Source of the DNA: Chthoniobacterales bacterium
Lineage (GTDB): Bacteria; Verrucomicrobiota; Verrucomicrobiia; Chthoniobacterales; UBA10450
Direction of reading: 5' to 3'
Length of the DNA stretch: 64,000 nucleotides
Assembly: GCA_045809795.1 (NCBI GenBank)
Contig: JBJMXD010000005.1
Span: 225,177-289,176, forward strand
Positions 9,188 to 19,200 of this stretch are shown here, piece by piece. The notes under the pieces are model-generated. The model was not told where the DNA came from, ran no database searches, and was given only the letters and a program-made list of their open reading frames with translations. The position numbers and the translations under genes were made by a program. Within the stretch, counting starts at the first letter, position 1. Each line of letters opens with the position of its first letter.

Positions 9188-10372
9188 TCAGTACCTCGGC
9201 ACGGCTGGGTCGACTTCGACGGACCACGCATCGATCCCGCCTTCGAGATTCACGGCATTCTTGAATCCTGCTTCGCGAAGAATGCGCGTGGCGTGTTCGC
9301 TCCGGCCGCCGCTATGGCATTGCAAAACCAATGCGCCGGATTTCGGCAGCTCGCCTATTCGCGTTTCCAATTCTCCGAGCGGAATCAATCGTGACCCTTC
9401 GATCCGCGCGATCTCGTATTCGAAGGTCTCGCGCACGTCGATCAGCGTGATGGTTTCGCCGTTATCCATTTTCGATTTCAATTCGCGAACGGAAATGGCC
9501 GGGACTTCTTCCGGCGCTGCGAACCAGTCCGCTTCGGCGGGGCCGGCGCAAAACTGCTCGTAATCAATCGGCTCAAAAATGGTCGGGCTGTCGCCGCAAA
9601 CCGGGCATTGCGGATCGCGCCGCAGGTTGAACTCGCGGAATTTCATCTTCAGCGCGTCGAAGTGGAGAAGCCGGCCCGCGAGAGTTTCGCCGACGCCGAC
9701 GATAAGCTTGAGCGCTTCGGTCGCTTGAATGAGGCCGATGATTCCCGGCAACACGCCGAGCACGCCGGCTTCCGCGCAACTTGGCGCCGCGCCCGGCGGT
9801 GGCGGTTCGGGAAACAGACAGCGGTAACACGGTCCGCCGAGATGCGGCGCAAAAACACTTGCCTGGCCTTCGAAGCGGAAGACGGAGCCATAGATGTTTG
9901 GTTTGCGCGCGAAAACGCAGACGTCATTCGACAAATAGCGCGTCGGGAAATTATCTGACCCATCAATCACCACATCGTAATCAGCGATGATCTCCGTCGC
10001 GTTCGCGCTTGTGAGGCGCGCTTCGTGAAGCACGATCTCAACGTCCGGATTCAGCTGCTGCAATCGGACCCGGGCTTTTTCCAGTTTCGATTTCCCTACG
10101 TCGTCCGTCGTGTAAAGAATCTGGCGTTGCAGATTGGAAGCATCGACGCAATCCGCATCAACCAATCCCAGCCTGCCGATTCCGGCCGCGGCCAAATAAA
10201 GTGCCGCGGGCGAACCGAGTCCGCCAGCGCCAATGCACAAAACCCGCGCTGCCTTGATCCGGCGCTGGCCGTCGGCGCTCACTTCAGGCAGGAGCAGTTG
10301 GCGCGAGTACCGGGAAAGATCGCCGGCAGTCAGCGCGATCTCAGCAAGGCGTTCGTGATCGACGACGCTCAC
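9188..10372 (-). CDS. moeB: MoeB/ThiF-family adenylyltransferase fused to a C-terminal rhodanese domain (MoeZ-like)
   Basis: 394 aa. Has RYSRQLLLPEV...GAGGLGSP (E1-like nucleotide fold), CxxC pairs, and a C-terminal rhodanese segment (LQCHSGGRS). Confidence 0.8.
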   Translation of the reverse strand: MSVVDHERLAEIALTAGDLSRYSRQLLLPEVSADGQRRIKAARVLCIGAGGLGSPAALYLAAAGIGRLGLVDADCVDASNLQRQILYTTDDVGKSKLEKARVRLQQLNPDVEIVLHEARLTSANATEIIADYDVVIDGSDNFPTRYLSNDVCVFARKPNIYGSVFRFEGQASVFAPHLGGPCYRCLFPEPPPPGAAPSCAEAGVLGVLPGIIGLIQATEALKLIVGVGETLAGRLLHFDALKMKFREFNLRRDPQCPVCGDSPTIFEPIDYEQFCAGPAEADWFAAPEEVPAISVRELKSKMDNGETITLIDVRETFEYEIARIEGSRLIPLGELETRIGELPKSGALVLQCHSGGRSEHATRILREAGFKNAVNLEGGIDAWSVEVDPAVPRY

Positions 10373-10375
10373 GGC

Positions 10376-10663
10376 CTAAGTTTTCACGCGCGACCAATCG
10401 ATTCCGATGATTCGCTTGCCCTCGAAACGCTTCAATGATTTCGGAAACGCCAGGAAACGTGCCCCGGCCTTTTGATTAAACCCGACTTCGCCGAAGTCCG
10501 TCCCGCTCTCTGTCGGTCGCACGGTCATCACACGATTATTTTTCAGGAGCGATTGAAAATGCCGATCCGCTTTCGGCTTTTGCCATAAGGTGTGAACTTC
10601 CGGCTGGCCACATTTGTCCACGATCGCGCTGAAGCGCGCAGTTTTGACTTTGAGGAGCTTCAC
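10376..10663 (-). CDS. Hypothetical protein
   Basis: 95 aa, ending 4 nt upstream of the moeB start. No GG C-terminus, so it is not an obvious ThiS/MoaD. Family not recognised. Confidence 0.45.
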   Translation of the reverse strand: MKLLKVKTARFSAIVDKCGQPEVHTLWQKPKADRHFQSLLKNNRVMTVRPTESGTDFGEVGFNQKAGARFLAFPKSLKRFEGKRIIGIDWSRVKT

Positions 10664-10666
10664 GAG

Positions 10667-10775
10667 AAAAAAAAAGTCCGCCAGAGAACTACGGCAAAGA
10701 GGATCAGACTACCGTTGCTGCATTCCTGCTCTGGCGGGGTTCGTAAGTCCTCAGTCCATAGCCCCTGACGGAAAG
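10667..10775 (-). ncRNA. ffs: Candidate signal-recognition-particle RNA (small bacterial 4.5S type)
   Basis: The minus strand folds into one long hairpin: CCGUCAG/CUGGCGG, CUAUGG/CCGUAG, GAGGA/UCCUC, CCG/CGG, GCA/UGC. It is capped by a GGAA tetraloop flanked by CAGA and AGCA internal-loop strands (compare E. coli CAGG...GGAA...AGCA). A U9 tract follows. Confidence 0.55.
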
Positions 10776-10836
10776 CAACTGTGCGCGCAAGAGCCACGGC
10801 GCGCAATCGGGTTTTCGGGTTCTACCGAGAGAAATC

Positions 10837-11046
10837 CTAACCGAAGGGCAGGTTCGCCTTGATTCGCGCTTCGTCGGTCTTGTGGACCCGGGCTGATTTC
10901 GCCATCAGGCGTTTGCGCTTGGCGCTTTTTGCCGAAAGCAGATGACGCCGCGATGCGTGTTGGCGGAGCACCTTGCCTTTGGCGGTGATCTTGAACCGCT
11001 TCGACACGGCTTTCCGGGTCTTACTGCGCGAAATCGGCTTTGGCAT
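10837..11046 (-). CDS. rpmI: 50S ribosomal protein L35
   Basis: 69 aa, MPKPISRSKTRKAVSKRFKITAKGKVLRQHASRRHLL...; typical L35 sequence. Confidence 0.9.
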   Translation of the reverse strand: MPKPISRSKTRKAVSKRFKITAKGKVLRQHASRRHLLSAKSAKRKRLMAKSARVHKTDEARIKANLPFG

Positions 11047-11111
11047 AAGGCGCGGAAGATAACTCAGTCAGAGCGCGTGACAACCGCTTTTGCTCGGAGG
11101 AAATTGCGGCA

Positions 11112-12392
11112 ATGGAAAACGGGCCCAAACGTAAACCGCAGGTCGTTATCGTCGGTGCCGGTTTCGGTGGATTGGAGGCGGCTAAGGCGCTGATCGACGA
11201 GCCGGTCCGGATGACGGTGATCGACCGGACGAATCATCATCTTTTCCAGCCTCTGCTTTACCAGATCGCGACGGCAGCGCTCTCGCCCGCCGATATTGCT
11301 GCGCCGATTCGCGGCATCCTCGGCCGGTGCAGAAACACAGAAGTGATTTTGGCGGAAGTGAAGTCGGTGAATGTCGAGGCGCGGACGGTGAACACGGGCG
11401 ATCGCGAATTCCCCTATGATTACCTGATTCTCGCGACGGGTGCGCGCCATTCCTACTTCGGACATGACGAATGGGAGAAGCTGGCTCCGGGTTTGAAGAG
11501 CCTCGAAGACGCTATCGAAATTCGGCGGCGCTTGCTTCTGGCCTTCGAATACGCGGAGAAGATCACCGACGAAGCGGCAAAAAAAGCGGCGATGACCTTC
11601 GTGATCATCGGCGGCGGACCGACCGGCGTAGAAATGGCGGGCGCGATCGCGGAGATCGCGCGCTACACTCTGGCGAAAGATTTTCGGCACATCGATCCAT
11701 CGAGCGCGCGAGTAGTTTTAGTCGAGGGCGATAAACGGGTGCTCTCAGCCTTTCCGGAAGACTTGTCGGCGAAAGCGCTGGAGCAATTAAAGGAACTCGG
11801 CGTCGAGGTGCACACTGGAATTCATGCGACGAATCTGACCGAGGCTGGGCTCCAGGTCGGCGACGAATTCATTCCGTGCCGCGTGAAAGTCTGGGCCGCC
11901 GGCAACACCGCCTCCTTCGTGGGCAAAACTACCGGCGCCCAGGTCGACAAGGCTGGCCGCGTGATCGTGAACGACGATCTGACTATTCCTGGGCATCCCG
12001 AAGTTCAGGTCATCGGCGATCTGGCGAATTTCAGCCACGACGGCGGGAAGCCATTGCCTGGTGTCTCTCCGGTGGCGATGCAACAAGGCCGGCACGCCGC
12101 GCGAAACATTCTCGCAATGATGGACGATCGGAAGCCGGAGCGCTTCCATTACTGGGACAAAGGCAGCATGGCCACGATCGGCCGCAACCGAGCCGTGGCC
12201 GAGCTGCACTGGTTCCACTTCAGCGGACTGCTGGCGTGGCTGGCCTGGCTCTTCGTTCACATCATTTTTCTGGTCGGCTTCCGGAATCGCATTGCGGTGC
12301 TGATCCAATGGGCGTGGGCGTATGTCACGTTCAACAAAGGCGCGCGCCTGATCACCCGGAATTTCCAAGCGGAGACCCGACCGCTCACGTGA
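11112..12392 (+). CDS. ndh: Type II NADH dehydrogenase (NDH-2)
   Basis: 426 aa. Has VVIVGAGFGGLEAA and a second GGGPTGVEMAG dinucleotide fold, plus a C-terminal hydrophobic tail. Confidence 0.85.
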   Translation: MENGPKRKPQVVIVGAGFGGLEAAKALIDEPVRMTVIDRTNHHLFQPLLYQIATAALSPADIAAPIRGILGRCRNTEVILAEVKSVNVEARTVNTGDREFPYDYLILATGARHSYFGHDEWEKLAPGLKSLEDAIEIRRRLLLAFEYAEKITDEAAKKAAMTFVIIGGGPTGVEMAGAIAEIARYTLAKDFRHIDPSSARVVLVEGDKRVLSAFPEDLSAKALEQLKELGVEVHTGIHATNLTEAGLQVGDEFIPCRVKVWAAGNTASFVGKTTGAQVDKAGRVIVNDDLTIPGHPEVQVIGDLANFSHDGGKPLPGVSPVAMQQGRHAARNILAMMDDRKPERFHYWDKGSMATIGRNRAVAELHWFHFSGLLAWLAWLFVHIIFLVGFRNRIAVLIQWAWAYVTFNKGARLITRNFQAETRPLT

Positions 12393-12817
12393 CGCCTAGC
12401 ATCAGCGTCTCCAATCGCCAGCGAATGGCTCGCGTCGATGTCGCGACACTCCGTCATTTCGCGAAGCGCGCGTTGGATGCTTGCCTGGAACTGCCGCGAA
12501 GGAAATCGGGCGGGCTCTCGCGTCTCGGACAGGTCGAGGTGGTGTTGGTCTCTGACAAACGGATTGCCGCGATACATCAACAGTTCATGAACGACGCGGC
12601 ACCTACCGACGTCATCACGTTTCAGCACGGAGAGATCGTCATCAGCGTCGAGACCGCGAAAAGACAGGCCCAAGAGTTCGGTACGAGTGTGGACCAGGAA
12701 CTGCGGCTCTATCTTGTCCACGGGCTTCTTCACTTGCTTGGGTTCGACGACAAAACAGCGGCGGCCGCGAAGGAAATGAAACGCGTCCAGGAGAAGCTTG
12801 TCGCCGAGGCGAGCTGA
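12389..12817 (+). CDS. ybeY: rRNA maturation endoribonuclease YbeY
   Basis: GTG at 12389 overlaps the ndh stop (alternative ATG at 12425). Has the metal motif VHGLLHLLGFDD. Confidence 0.85.
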   Translation: MTPSISVSNRQRMARVDVATLRHFAKRALDACLELPRRKSGGLSRLGQVEVVLVSDKRIAAIHQQFMNDAAPTDVITFQHGEIVISVETAKRQAQEFGTSVDQELRLYLVHGLLHLLGFDDKTAAAAKEMKRVQEKLVAEAS

Positions 12818-12942
12818 GGTCGCGCCGCGACGGCGCGTGATCCACCGTTGAACCGCACTTACTCTGTGATAATCTTAATTTCATGAATGGGGCCACGCGA
12901 GCTGGCGAGGGTGGCTGCTGAAATCGTAACCGAACCGCGCCG

Positions 12943-13248
12943 ATGCAGAGTTCCTTCGGATCGACAGTCGACAATCCCGTCATCGAGCAGGAAACAAGCA
13001 CTGCCGAGGAGATCGATCTCCCGTGGCAGGTCATCGTTCATAATGACCCGGTGAATCTGATGAGTTACGTCACCATGGTCTTTCAAAAGGTATTTGGCCT
13101 AACGAAAGAAAAAGCAGAGAAGCACATGCTCGAAGTGCATCAGCTCGGCCGCTCGATCCTGTGGTGCGGAATGCGGGAACGCGCCGAGCTCTACGTTCAA
13201 CAGCTGCACGGTTATCTTCTCCTGGCCACGCTCGAGCGAACGAATTGA
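12943..13248 (+). CDS. clpS: ATP-dependent Clp protease adaptor ClpS
   Basis: 101 aa; WQVIVHNDPVNLMSYVTMVFQKVFGL... Confidence 0.9.
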   Translation: MQSSFGSTVDNPVIEQETSTAEEIDLPWQVIVHNDPVNLMSYVTMVFQKVFGLTKEKAEKHMLEVHQLGRSILWCGMRERAELYVQQLHGYLLLATLERTN

Positions 13249-13251
13249 CCC

Positions 13252-13737
13252 ATGGAGTTTCGCCGTCAGAAGGATTGCCTCGAGATCACCGAGGTGGATC
13301 CTTTTTTGGCGGAACTGCTGCGGCAGATCCCAGAGAGCTGCAACGTCGAGGGAGTCGAGACCGCGCAACAACGGATCTTCAGCACTCCGGCGAAAGAACA
13401 GGAAATCTGCGCCGAGTGGAAGGTGTATGTCGAACCGGAACTGCGCCGGTTATTCCGCTCCGCGACGGAGACCGTCGAAGCTGATCTCCAACAACTGGAC
13501 GGCTGCACGAAGCCCTTCGCGAATTGTACCCTGCGGATCCCGGCGGAGAATGCCCAGGCCTGGTTGAATGCGCTTAATCAAGCGCGGCTCGCCATTGCCG
13601 CGAAATACAACTTCACTGATGGCGAACTGTGCGACCATTACCGGTCACCGATCGGTTCCCGGCGTGACCTCGGCCTGTTCCAAGTAAATTTCTACGGATT
13701 TCTCCAGGAATTCATCCTCCAGGACTTGGAGATTTAA
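13252..13737 (+). CDS. Hypothetical protein tightly linked to clpS (DUF2017-like by position only)
   Basis: 161 aa, starting 4 nt after the clpS stop. Family not verified. Confidence 0.55.
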   Translation: MEFRRQKDCLEITEVDPFLAELLRQIPESCNVEGVETAQQRIFSTPAKEQEICAEWKVYVEPELRRLFRSATETVEADLQQLDGCTKPFANCTLRIPAENAQAWLNALNQARLAIAAKYNFTDGELCDHYRSPIGSRRDLGLFQVNFYGFLQEFILQDLEI

Positions 13738-13750
13738 GCCGCGCCAGCGG

Positions 13751-13850
13751 CTTCATGCTCTTGCTCGTGATCATGATCCTGATCTTCGAGTGAGGTGCTT
13801 CTCCCCACGAAAGATCATGAGCACGATCAGCATCAGGAGCAGGAATGAAG
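13751..13850. repeat. GATC-hexamer palindromic element, copy 1
   Basis: Left arm CTTCATGCTCTTGCTCGTGATCATGATCCTGATCTTCG, 20-nt spacer, and an inverted right arm ending AGGAGCAGGAATGAAG. Contains 5 GATC sites. Confidence 0.8.
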
Positions 13851-13857
13851 ATAGCGC

Positions 13858-14094
13858 TCAGCTCTTCTGACGATTCCGCACCATCGTCATCAAGCGGTCT
13901 TTGAGCGCGTCGGACGATTTGGCCGGTCGCAGGCTCAGGGCGAACGCTTCGTGCATCGAGTAGCACTTGCTGATGAAATCTTCTGCCTTTTGCCCAAAAT
14001 CTTTTCGGGCCTCTTCAAACGCTTCCAGTTCTTCCGGTTCCAAAGCCCCTATCACGTAGAGGCGCGATTGGTTCTGGAATTCGTCAAAGCTCAT
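13858..14094 (-). CDS. Putative short anti-sigma factor
   Basis: 78 aa from ATG at 14094 (MSFDEFQNQSRLYVIGALEPEELEAFEEARKDF...). It overlaps the 3' end of the ECF sigma gene. No TM segment. Confidence 0.5.
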   Translation of the reverse strand: MSFDEFQNQSRLYVIGALEPEELEAFEEARKDFGQKAEDFISKCYSMHEAFALSLRPAKSSDALKDRLMTMVRNRQKS

Positions 14095-14746
14095 CTCGAA
14101 GTTCCTTAAGCCCGTCATAGATTTTTTTCAGGCCCAACTCGAGCCTGGTTTTGACCGTCCCTAACGGTGTATTCGTTTTTGCGGCGATTTCGCGCTGACT
14201 CATCCCCCGAAAAAATGCGAGATTTATCGCCTCCTGTTGAGCCTCCGGCAAAGTGTCGATCACCTGGCGAACCAAGACCCGAGTGTCGCCGAAGCTGATT
14301 TCCTGTTCGGTGGCGTTGTGCACCCAGGCGTCAGGTTGTTGCTCGGTCTCGCTCTGAAGTCGCTCGCCGGCCCGCGCATAAGCCTGTTTCTTCCGCAATC
14401 CATCGATGGCCCGCCGGCGCGCCAGAGTCACCATCCACCCGAGCGGTTTTCCTTTTTGTGGCGAAAAGTTTTTGGCCTGGTTCCAGATCTCCATGAAGAT
14501 TTCCTGGAGCAGATCGTCCGCTTCCGTTTCGTTGTGAATGACGCGGAGAATGAGCGCCTTGATGATGCCGTTGTAGCGGTCATACAATTGCGAGAGCGCT
14601 TCGGGATCTTCCGCCTGGATGCCGTGCATTAATTCCAGATCGGTCGGCGCGCCCGGTTCCAAAGGCGGTGTCGCCGCGGGCAGCCGGACGTTGCGCGCTT
14701 CGGCAGACTCATCCGGTAGTCCGGTGATGGACAAATCTAGCGCCAT
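14084..14746 (-). CDS. ECF-type RNA polymerase sigma-70 family factor
   Basis: 220 aa from ATG at 14746. Region 2 (LLQEIFMEIWNQAKNF...) and a region 4 HTH (MSQREIAAKTNTPLGTVKTRL). Confidence 0.85.
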   Translation of the reverse strand: MALDLSITGLPDESAEARNVRLPAATPPLEPGAPTDLELMHGIQAEDPEALSQLYDRYNGIIKALILRVIHNETEADDLLQEIFMEIWNQAKNFSPQKGKPLGWMVTLARRRAIDGLRKKQAYARAGERLQSETEQQPDAWVHNATEQEISFGDTRVLVRQVIDTLPEAQQEAINLAFFRGMSQREIAAKTNTPLGTVKTRLELGLKKIYDGLKELRDEL

Positions 14747-14949
14747 GGTTAGCTCGGTCCTGTCTCGCTTCTCATGAAGTAGTGGAGATGTAGTGGGAAC
14801 TGCCCGCCGCGTCCAACGATTTGAAACGCCAATCACTCAAAAGACCGGATTGCCGGCTGAATTATCCGCGAAAAAGGTATTGCTCTTGACCCAGCAGACG
14901 CACGCGGGCTAGCGTCGCCCAAAGGAATTTTTTCAGGAGAAACATTCAC

Positions 14950-16074
14950 ATGCGCCCATTTGTTTTCGCTATTGCGCTGCTCGTCACGGCCGCGTTCGTT
15001 CGTGCGCAAGACGCCGCCTCCACTCCTTTCCAGGCCAAGTCCCCGACAACTTCTGAAGAATCGCCCAGCCCTACCGCAAAGCCAAAGCCTACTTCGACCC
15101 CGAAGCCTTCTCCGAAATCCTCGGTCAAGCCGCTTGAAAGCGCGACTCCGGAGCCACTCGAGAGCCCAATGAGTACGCCGGAGCCGATTGAAACCGAGCC
15201 GCTGACTCTGATGCCGTCGCCCAGCCCGATGGTGACGCCGATCACAATCGCTTCACCAATTCCAAGCGTGCGTCCCGCGCTCTCGGCGACGCCGACTGCC
15301 GTACCGAGCCTAACGAAAGCGCCGATGACTTTTCCGACCGTGCGTCCTCTCTCAACTTCGAGTGGACCTCGCCCGAACCCGTCCTCGACGGCGCGGCCGA
15401 ATCCCACATTGACCCCGCGACCGGCGGCGAGCGCGAGTCCGACCGTGAAGCCTTCGCCTACGGCCACGGCAACTGCGAAGCCTTCACCAACTCCCACGCC
15501 GAAACCGACCCCAACGCCAAAACCAACGCCAACGCCGAAACCGACGCCAACGCCGACACCAAAACCGACTCCTTCACCGAAGCCGACGCCGACTCCTACG
15601 CCGAAACCGACTCCGACAGAGAAACCCACGCCGACGCCCAAATCATCTCCCACTCCAGAGTCATCGCCATCTGTCGAAACCTCGCCCGCTACTGGGGACG
15701 TCACGTCGCGTATCAAAGAACTCGAATCCCGCTGGGAAGGCTCGCTCTTGAGTCACGACACCGCGGTCATTGAAAAAATCGTGGCGGACGATTTCATCGG
15801 CACCTCATCAAGCGGCAAGACTGGCGACAAGGCGACGTTGCTCGCGGAAGCGAAACGCGACAACAACACTTATATCTCCGCAGTTTCGAGCGACATGACG
15901 GTGCATATGTTCGGCGAAGGCGTCGCCGTCGTCACCGGTATCGCCAAAGAGACCGGCAAGACGAAGGCCGGCAAGACTTTCACTCACAGCTATCGCTTTA
16001 CCGACACATGGGTGGAACGGAACGGCGAATGGCAGTGCGTCGCCGCCCACGCCATGGCGCTGCCAAAGAAGTAG
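14950..16074 (+). CDS. Secreted protein: long Pro/Thr/Lys-rich linker + C-terminal SnoaL/DUF4440-like domain
   Basis: 374 aa. Signal peptide [19 protein letters not shown] and a C-terminal NTF2-like segment ([17 protein letters not shown]...[18 protein letters not shown]). Confidence 0.75.
   Translation: MRPFVFAIALLVTAAFVRAQDAASTPFQAKSPTTSEESPSPTAKPKPTSTPKPSPKSSVKPLESATPEPLESPMSTPEPIETEPLTLMPSPSPMVTPITIASPIPSVRPALSATPTAVPSLTKAPMTFPTVRPLSTSSGPRPNPSSTARPNPTLTPRPAASASPTVKPSPTATATAKPSPTPTPKPTPTPKPTPTPKPTPTPTPKPTPSPKPTPTPTPKPTPTEKPTPTPKSSPTPESSPSVETSPATGDVTSRIKELESRWEGSLLSHDTAVIEKIVADDFIGTSSSGKTGDKATLLAEAKRDNNTYISAVSSDMTVHMFGEGVAVVTGIAKETGKTKAGKTFTHSYRFTDTWVERNGEWQCVAAHAMALPKK
15448..15665 (+). 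repeat. Coding low-complexity (PTPK)n tract
   Basis: Encodes [55 protein letters not shown]. Confidence 0.8.
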
Positions 16075-16107
16075 CTCCTCGGGTTCGGTTAGGCCCTTCG
16101 GCGGCGC

Positions 16108-16200
16108 CTTCATGCTCTTGATCATGATCTTGCTCTTGATCCTGTGAGCCAGCGTCGCTTTCACAAAAGATCATGAGCAGGATCACGATCATGAGCATGA
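16108..16200. repeat. GATC-hexamer palindromic element, copy 2
   Basis: CTTCATGCTCTTGATCATGATCTTGCTCTTGATCCT ... AAGATCATGAGCAGGATCACGATCATGAGCATGA. Contains 6 GATC sites. Arm mismatches fall on every sixth base. Confidence 0.85.
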
Positions 16201-16254
16201 TTTGCTCATCGCCGCATTGCGCCTCCTTGCTTATTGCGCCACCTGTCTAGTCTC

Positions 16255-19200
16255 ATGCCGAACGAGACGCAGGATCAGGCTATCGACGCGCTTTGGTACA
16301 AAGACGCGGTCATCTATGAGCTCCACGTCAAAACGTTTCACGACAGCGACGGCGACGGCATCGGCGATTTTCGCGGGCTGATCGAGAAACTGGATTATCT
16401 CCAGGAACTCGGCGTCACCGCGCTCTGGCTCCTGCCGTTTTATCCGTCGCCGATGCGCGATGACGGCTACGACATCGCCGACTATTACGACGTAAATCCG
16501 AACTTCGGCACGCTGGAAGATTTCCGCGCGTTTCTGGATGCGGCACACAAGCGGGGCTTACGCGTCATCACCGAGCTCGTGATCAATCACACCTCGGACC
16601 AAAATCCGTGGTTCCAAAAATCGCGCCGGGCCGCGCCCGGTTCCCCGGAGCGGGAGATGTACGTCTGGAGCGACACGCCGGAAAAGTACAAGGAAACGCG
16701 GATTATTTTTAAAGACTTCGAGACTTCGAACTGGGCTTGGGATCCCGTTGCGAAAGCATATTACTGGCACCGGTTTTATTCGCACCAACCCGATTTGAAT
16801 TTCGATAACCCGGCGGTGCACGAAGCCGTCGAGAAGGTGCTCGATTTCTGGCTCGCCATGGGGGTCGACGGCCTCCGGCTCGACGCCGTTCCGTACCTTT
16901 ACGAGCGGGAAGGGACGATCTGCGAGAACTTGCGCGAGACGCACGAGTACCTGGTGAAACTGCGCGCTCATGTCGATCGGAAATTCCAAGGGCGAATGTT
17001 GCTCGCGGAAGCGAACCAGTGGCCGGAAGACGCGGTCGCGTATTTCGGAAAAGGCGACGAGTCCCACATGAATTTTCATTTCCCCCTGATGCCGCGAATG
17101 TTCATGGCGCTTCAGATGGAAGATCGTTTTCCGATCATCGACATCCTCGAGCAAACGCCGCCGATCCCTGAGACTTGCCAATGGGCCATGTTCCTGCGCA
17201 ACCACGACGAGCTCACGCTCGAAATGGTGACTGATGAAGAACGCGATTACATGTGGCGCGTTTACGCAAACGATCCGACCGCTCGGATTAATCTCGGCAT
17301 CCGCCGCCGGCTCGCGCCGCTCCTCGCTAACAGTCGACGCAAAATCGAGCTGCTGAACATTCTCCTTTTTTCCATGCCCGGAACGCCGGTTCTCTATTAC
17401 GGCGACGAGATCGGGATGGGCGACAATTTTTACCTCGGCGATCGCAACGGTTGCCGGACCCCGATGCAGTGGAGCCCGGATCGCAACGCCGGTTTTTCGA
17501 AAGCGAATCCGCAGCAGCTCTACCTGCCGATCACGATCGACCCCGAGTATCACTACGAAGCGATCAACGTCGAAAATCAGCAGAAGAACCTGTCGTCGCT
17601 CCTTTGGTGGACACGGCGCGTCATCGCGATGCGGAAAAATTTCCGCGCGTTCTCCCGCGGGTCGCTCGAGTTTTTGCTCCCGGAAAACAACAAGGTCCTC
17701 GCGTTTCTCCGGAGGCACGAAGACGAAACGATTCTCGTCGTCGTAAATCTGTCGCGCTTTGCCCAGGCGGCCGAGCTCGACCTGTCTCGCTTCGCGGGCT
17801 GCGCGCTCATGGAAGTATTCAGCCAGAATTATTTTCCGGCGATCGGCAAGACGCCTTACGTCCTCACGCTCGGACCGCACTCGCATTATTGGTTTGTCCT
17901 GCGTTCCGAACCAGCGGCTTCCGTGGCGTCGAAAGAACGCAAAATTCCGACGATCGATCCGGCACCGAACCCTGGAGCGCTGCTGGATAACGGACAGCGG
18001 GCCCGGATCGAACGGGAAGTTTTGCCTGGTTTCATCCGCAATTGCCGGTGGTTTGGCGCGAAGGCGCGAACGGTGCGGCAAATGCGCGTCATCGAAGAAA
18101 TCCCGGTCTCGGACGGAGCCGATGCTGCCCAAATCTGGTTCGTCGAAGTCAGTTATCTTGACGGGCCGACTGAGACCTACACGCTTCCGGTGCAAATCGC
18201 GCGGGACGATGCAGCGCGCACAATCGAACGGACCGCGCCGCAATCCGTTATCGCCCGGTTACACGGCGACGGAGACGCCATTCTCCACGACGCCATTTAC
18301 GACGAATCCTTCCGCAAAGCGCTCTTCAAACTAATGACTGGGGCGCAATCTTTGCGGGGCAATAACGGAAGTCTGACCGGCCTAACGAGCAGTGCATTCC
18401 CGAACGAAGGGAAGGGGAGGACGCCCGCGTCGCAAGTCTTGAGCGCGGAGCAGAGCAATTCGTCGATGCTCTTCAAAAACAAATTTTTCCTGAAGCTGTA
18501 TCGCAAGCTCGAGGACGGCGTTAATCCCGATGTCGAAGTCACGCGCTTCCTCACCGAGCGCGCCCAGTTCCCGAATGTTCCAGCTTTCCTCGGGGCGATC
18601 GAATACCGGCGACCCAAGGCGGAACCGACGGTGGTGTGTCTGCTCCAGAGCGCGGTCGCAAATGAAGGGGACGCCTGGACGCTTACGCTCGATGCGGTCG
18701 GTCGTTATTACGAACGAGTCCTCACCCGCAAAGCCGATTTGCAAAACCAGAGCAGTCCGGCCGGTCCTCTCCTTGAGGAATTGATACGCGGCGTTTATCG
18801 CGAGAAAGCGAAACTCATCGGACAGCGCACCGGCGAATTGCACCGCGCTTTGGCCCTCAGTGCCGATGAACGCGGATTTGCTCCCGAGCAATTCAACGCC
18901 ATGGCGCAACGCTCGGTTTACCAGAACATGCGCGCCTCGCTCCGGCGCAATTTTGATTTGCTCGAAAAGAAATTGCCAACCTTGCCGGACGCTTTTCGCA
19001 ATGAGGCTGCGCACATCCTCGCTTCCGAAGACCAGATCCTCGCGCACGAACAACGCATCCTGGATCGGCGCGCGAACGCCACCAAAATCCGCATCCACGG
19101 CGACTATCATCTCGGCCAGGTCCTCTACACCGGGAAAGATTTTGTTATTCTCGATTTCGAAGGCGAACCGGCCCGGCCATTGAGCGAACGGAAACTGAAG

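Noticed and set aside
10614-10862. An 82-aa + strand ORF across the rpmI-downstream gap.
   Set aside because: It overlaps the 3' end of rpmI and the candidate SRP RNA hairpin, and it has no start context or family resemblance.
14946-15716. A 256-aa Gly/Val-rich minus-strand ORF.
   Set aside because: It is antisense to the Pro/Thr/Lys-rich linker of the 14950-16074 gene. That gene has a signal peptide and a recognisable C-terminal domain.
16086-16096. An isolated GTTAGGC core-like heptamer downstream of the DUF4440-like gene.
   Set aside because: There is no partner RYYYAAC box and no attC-like arms nearby. The heptamer is expected by chance.
15998-16198. Mini-ORFs encoding Ile/Leu/Met-rich or His/Asp/Glu-rich peptides (15998-16198, 27292-27519, the tail of 27094-27420, 45638-45970, 13712-13966).
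   Set aside because: They are translations of the GATC-hexamer palindromic elements (TGATCN repeats). The peptide patterns follow from the hexamer periodicity, and the ORFs span both arms of a hairpin.
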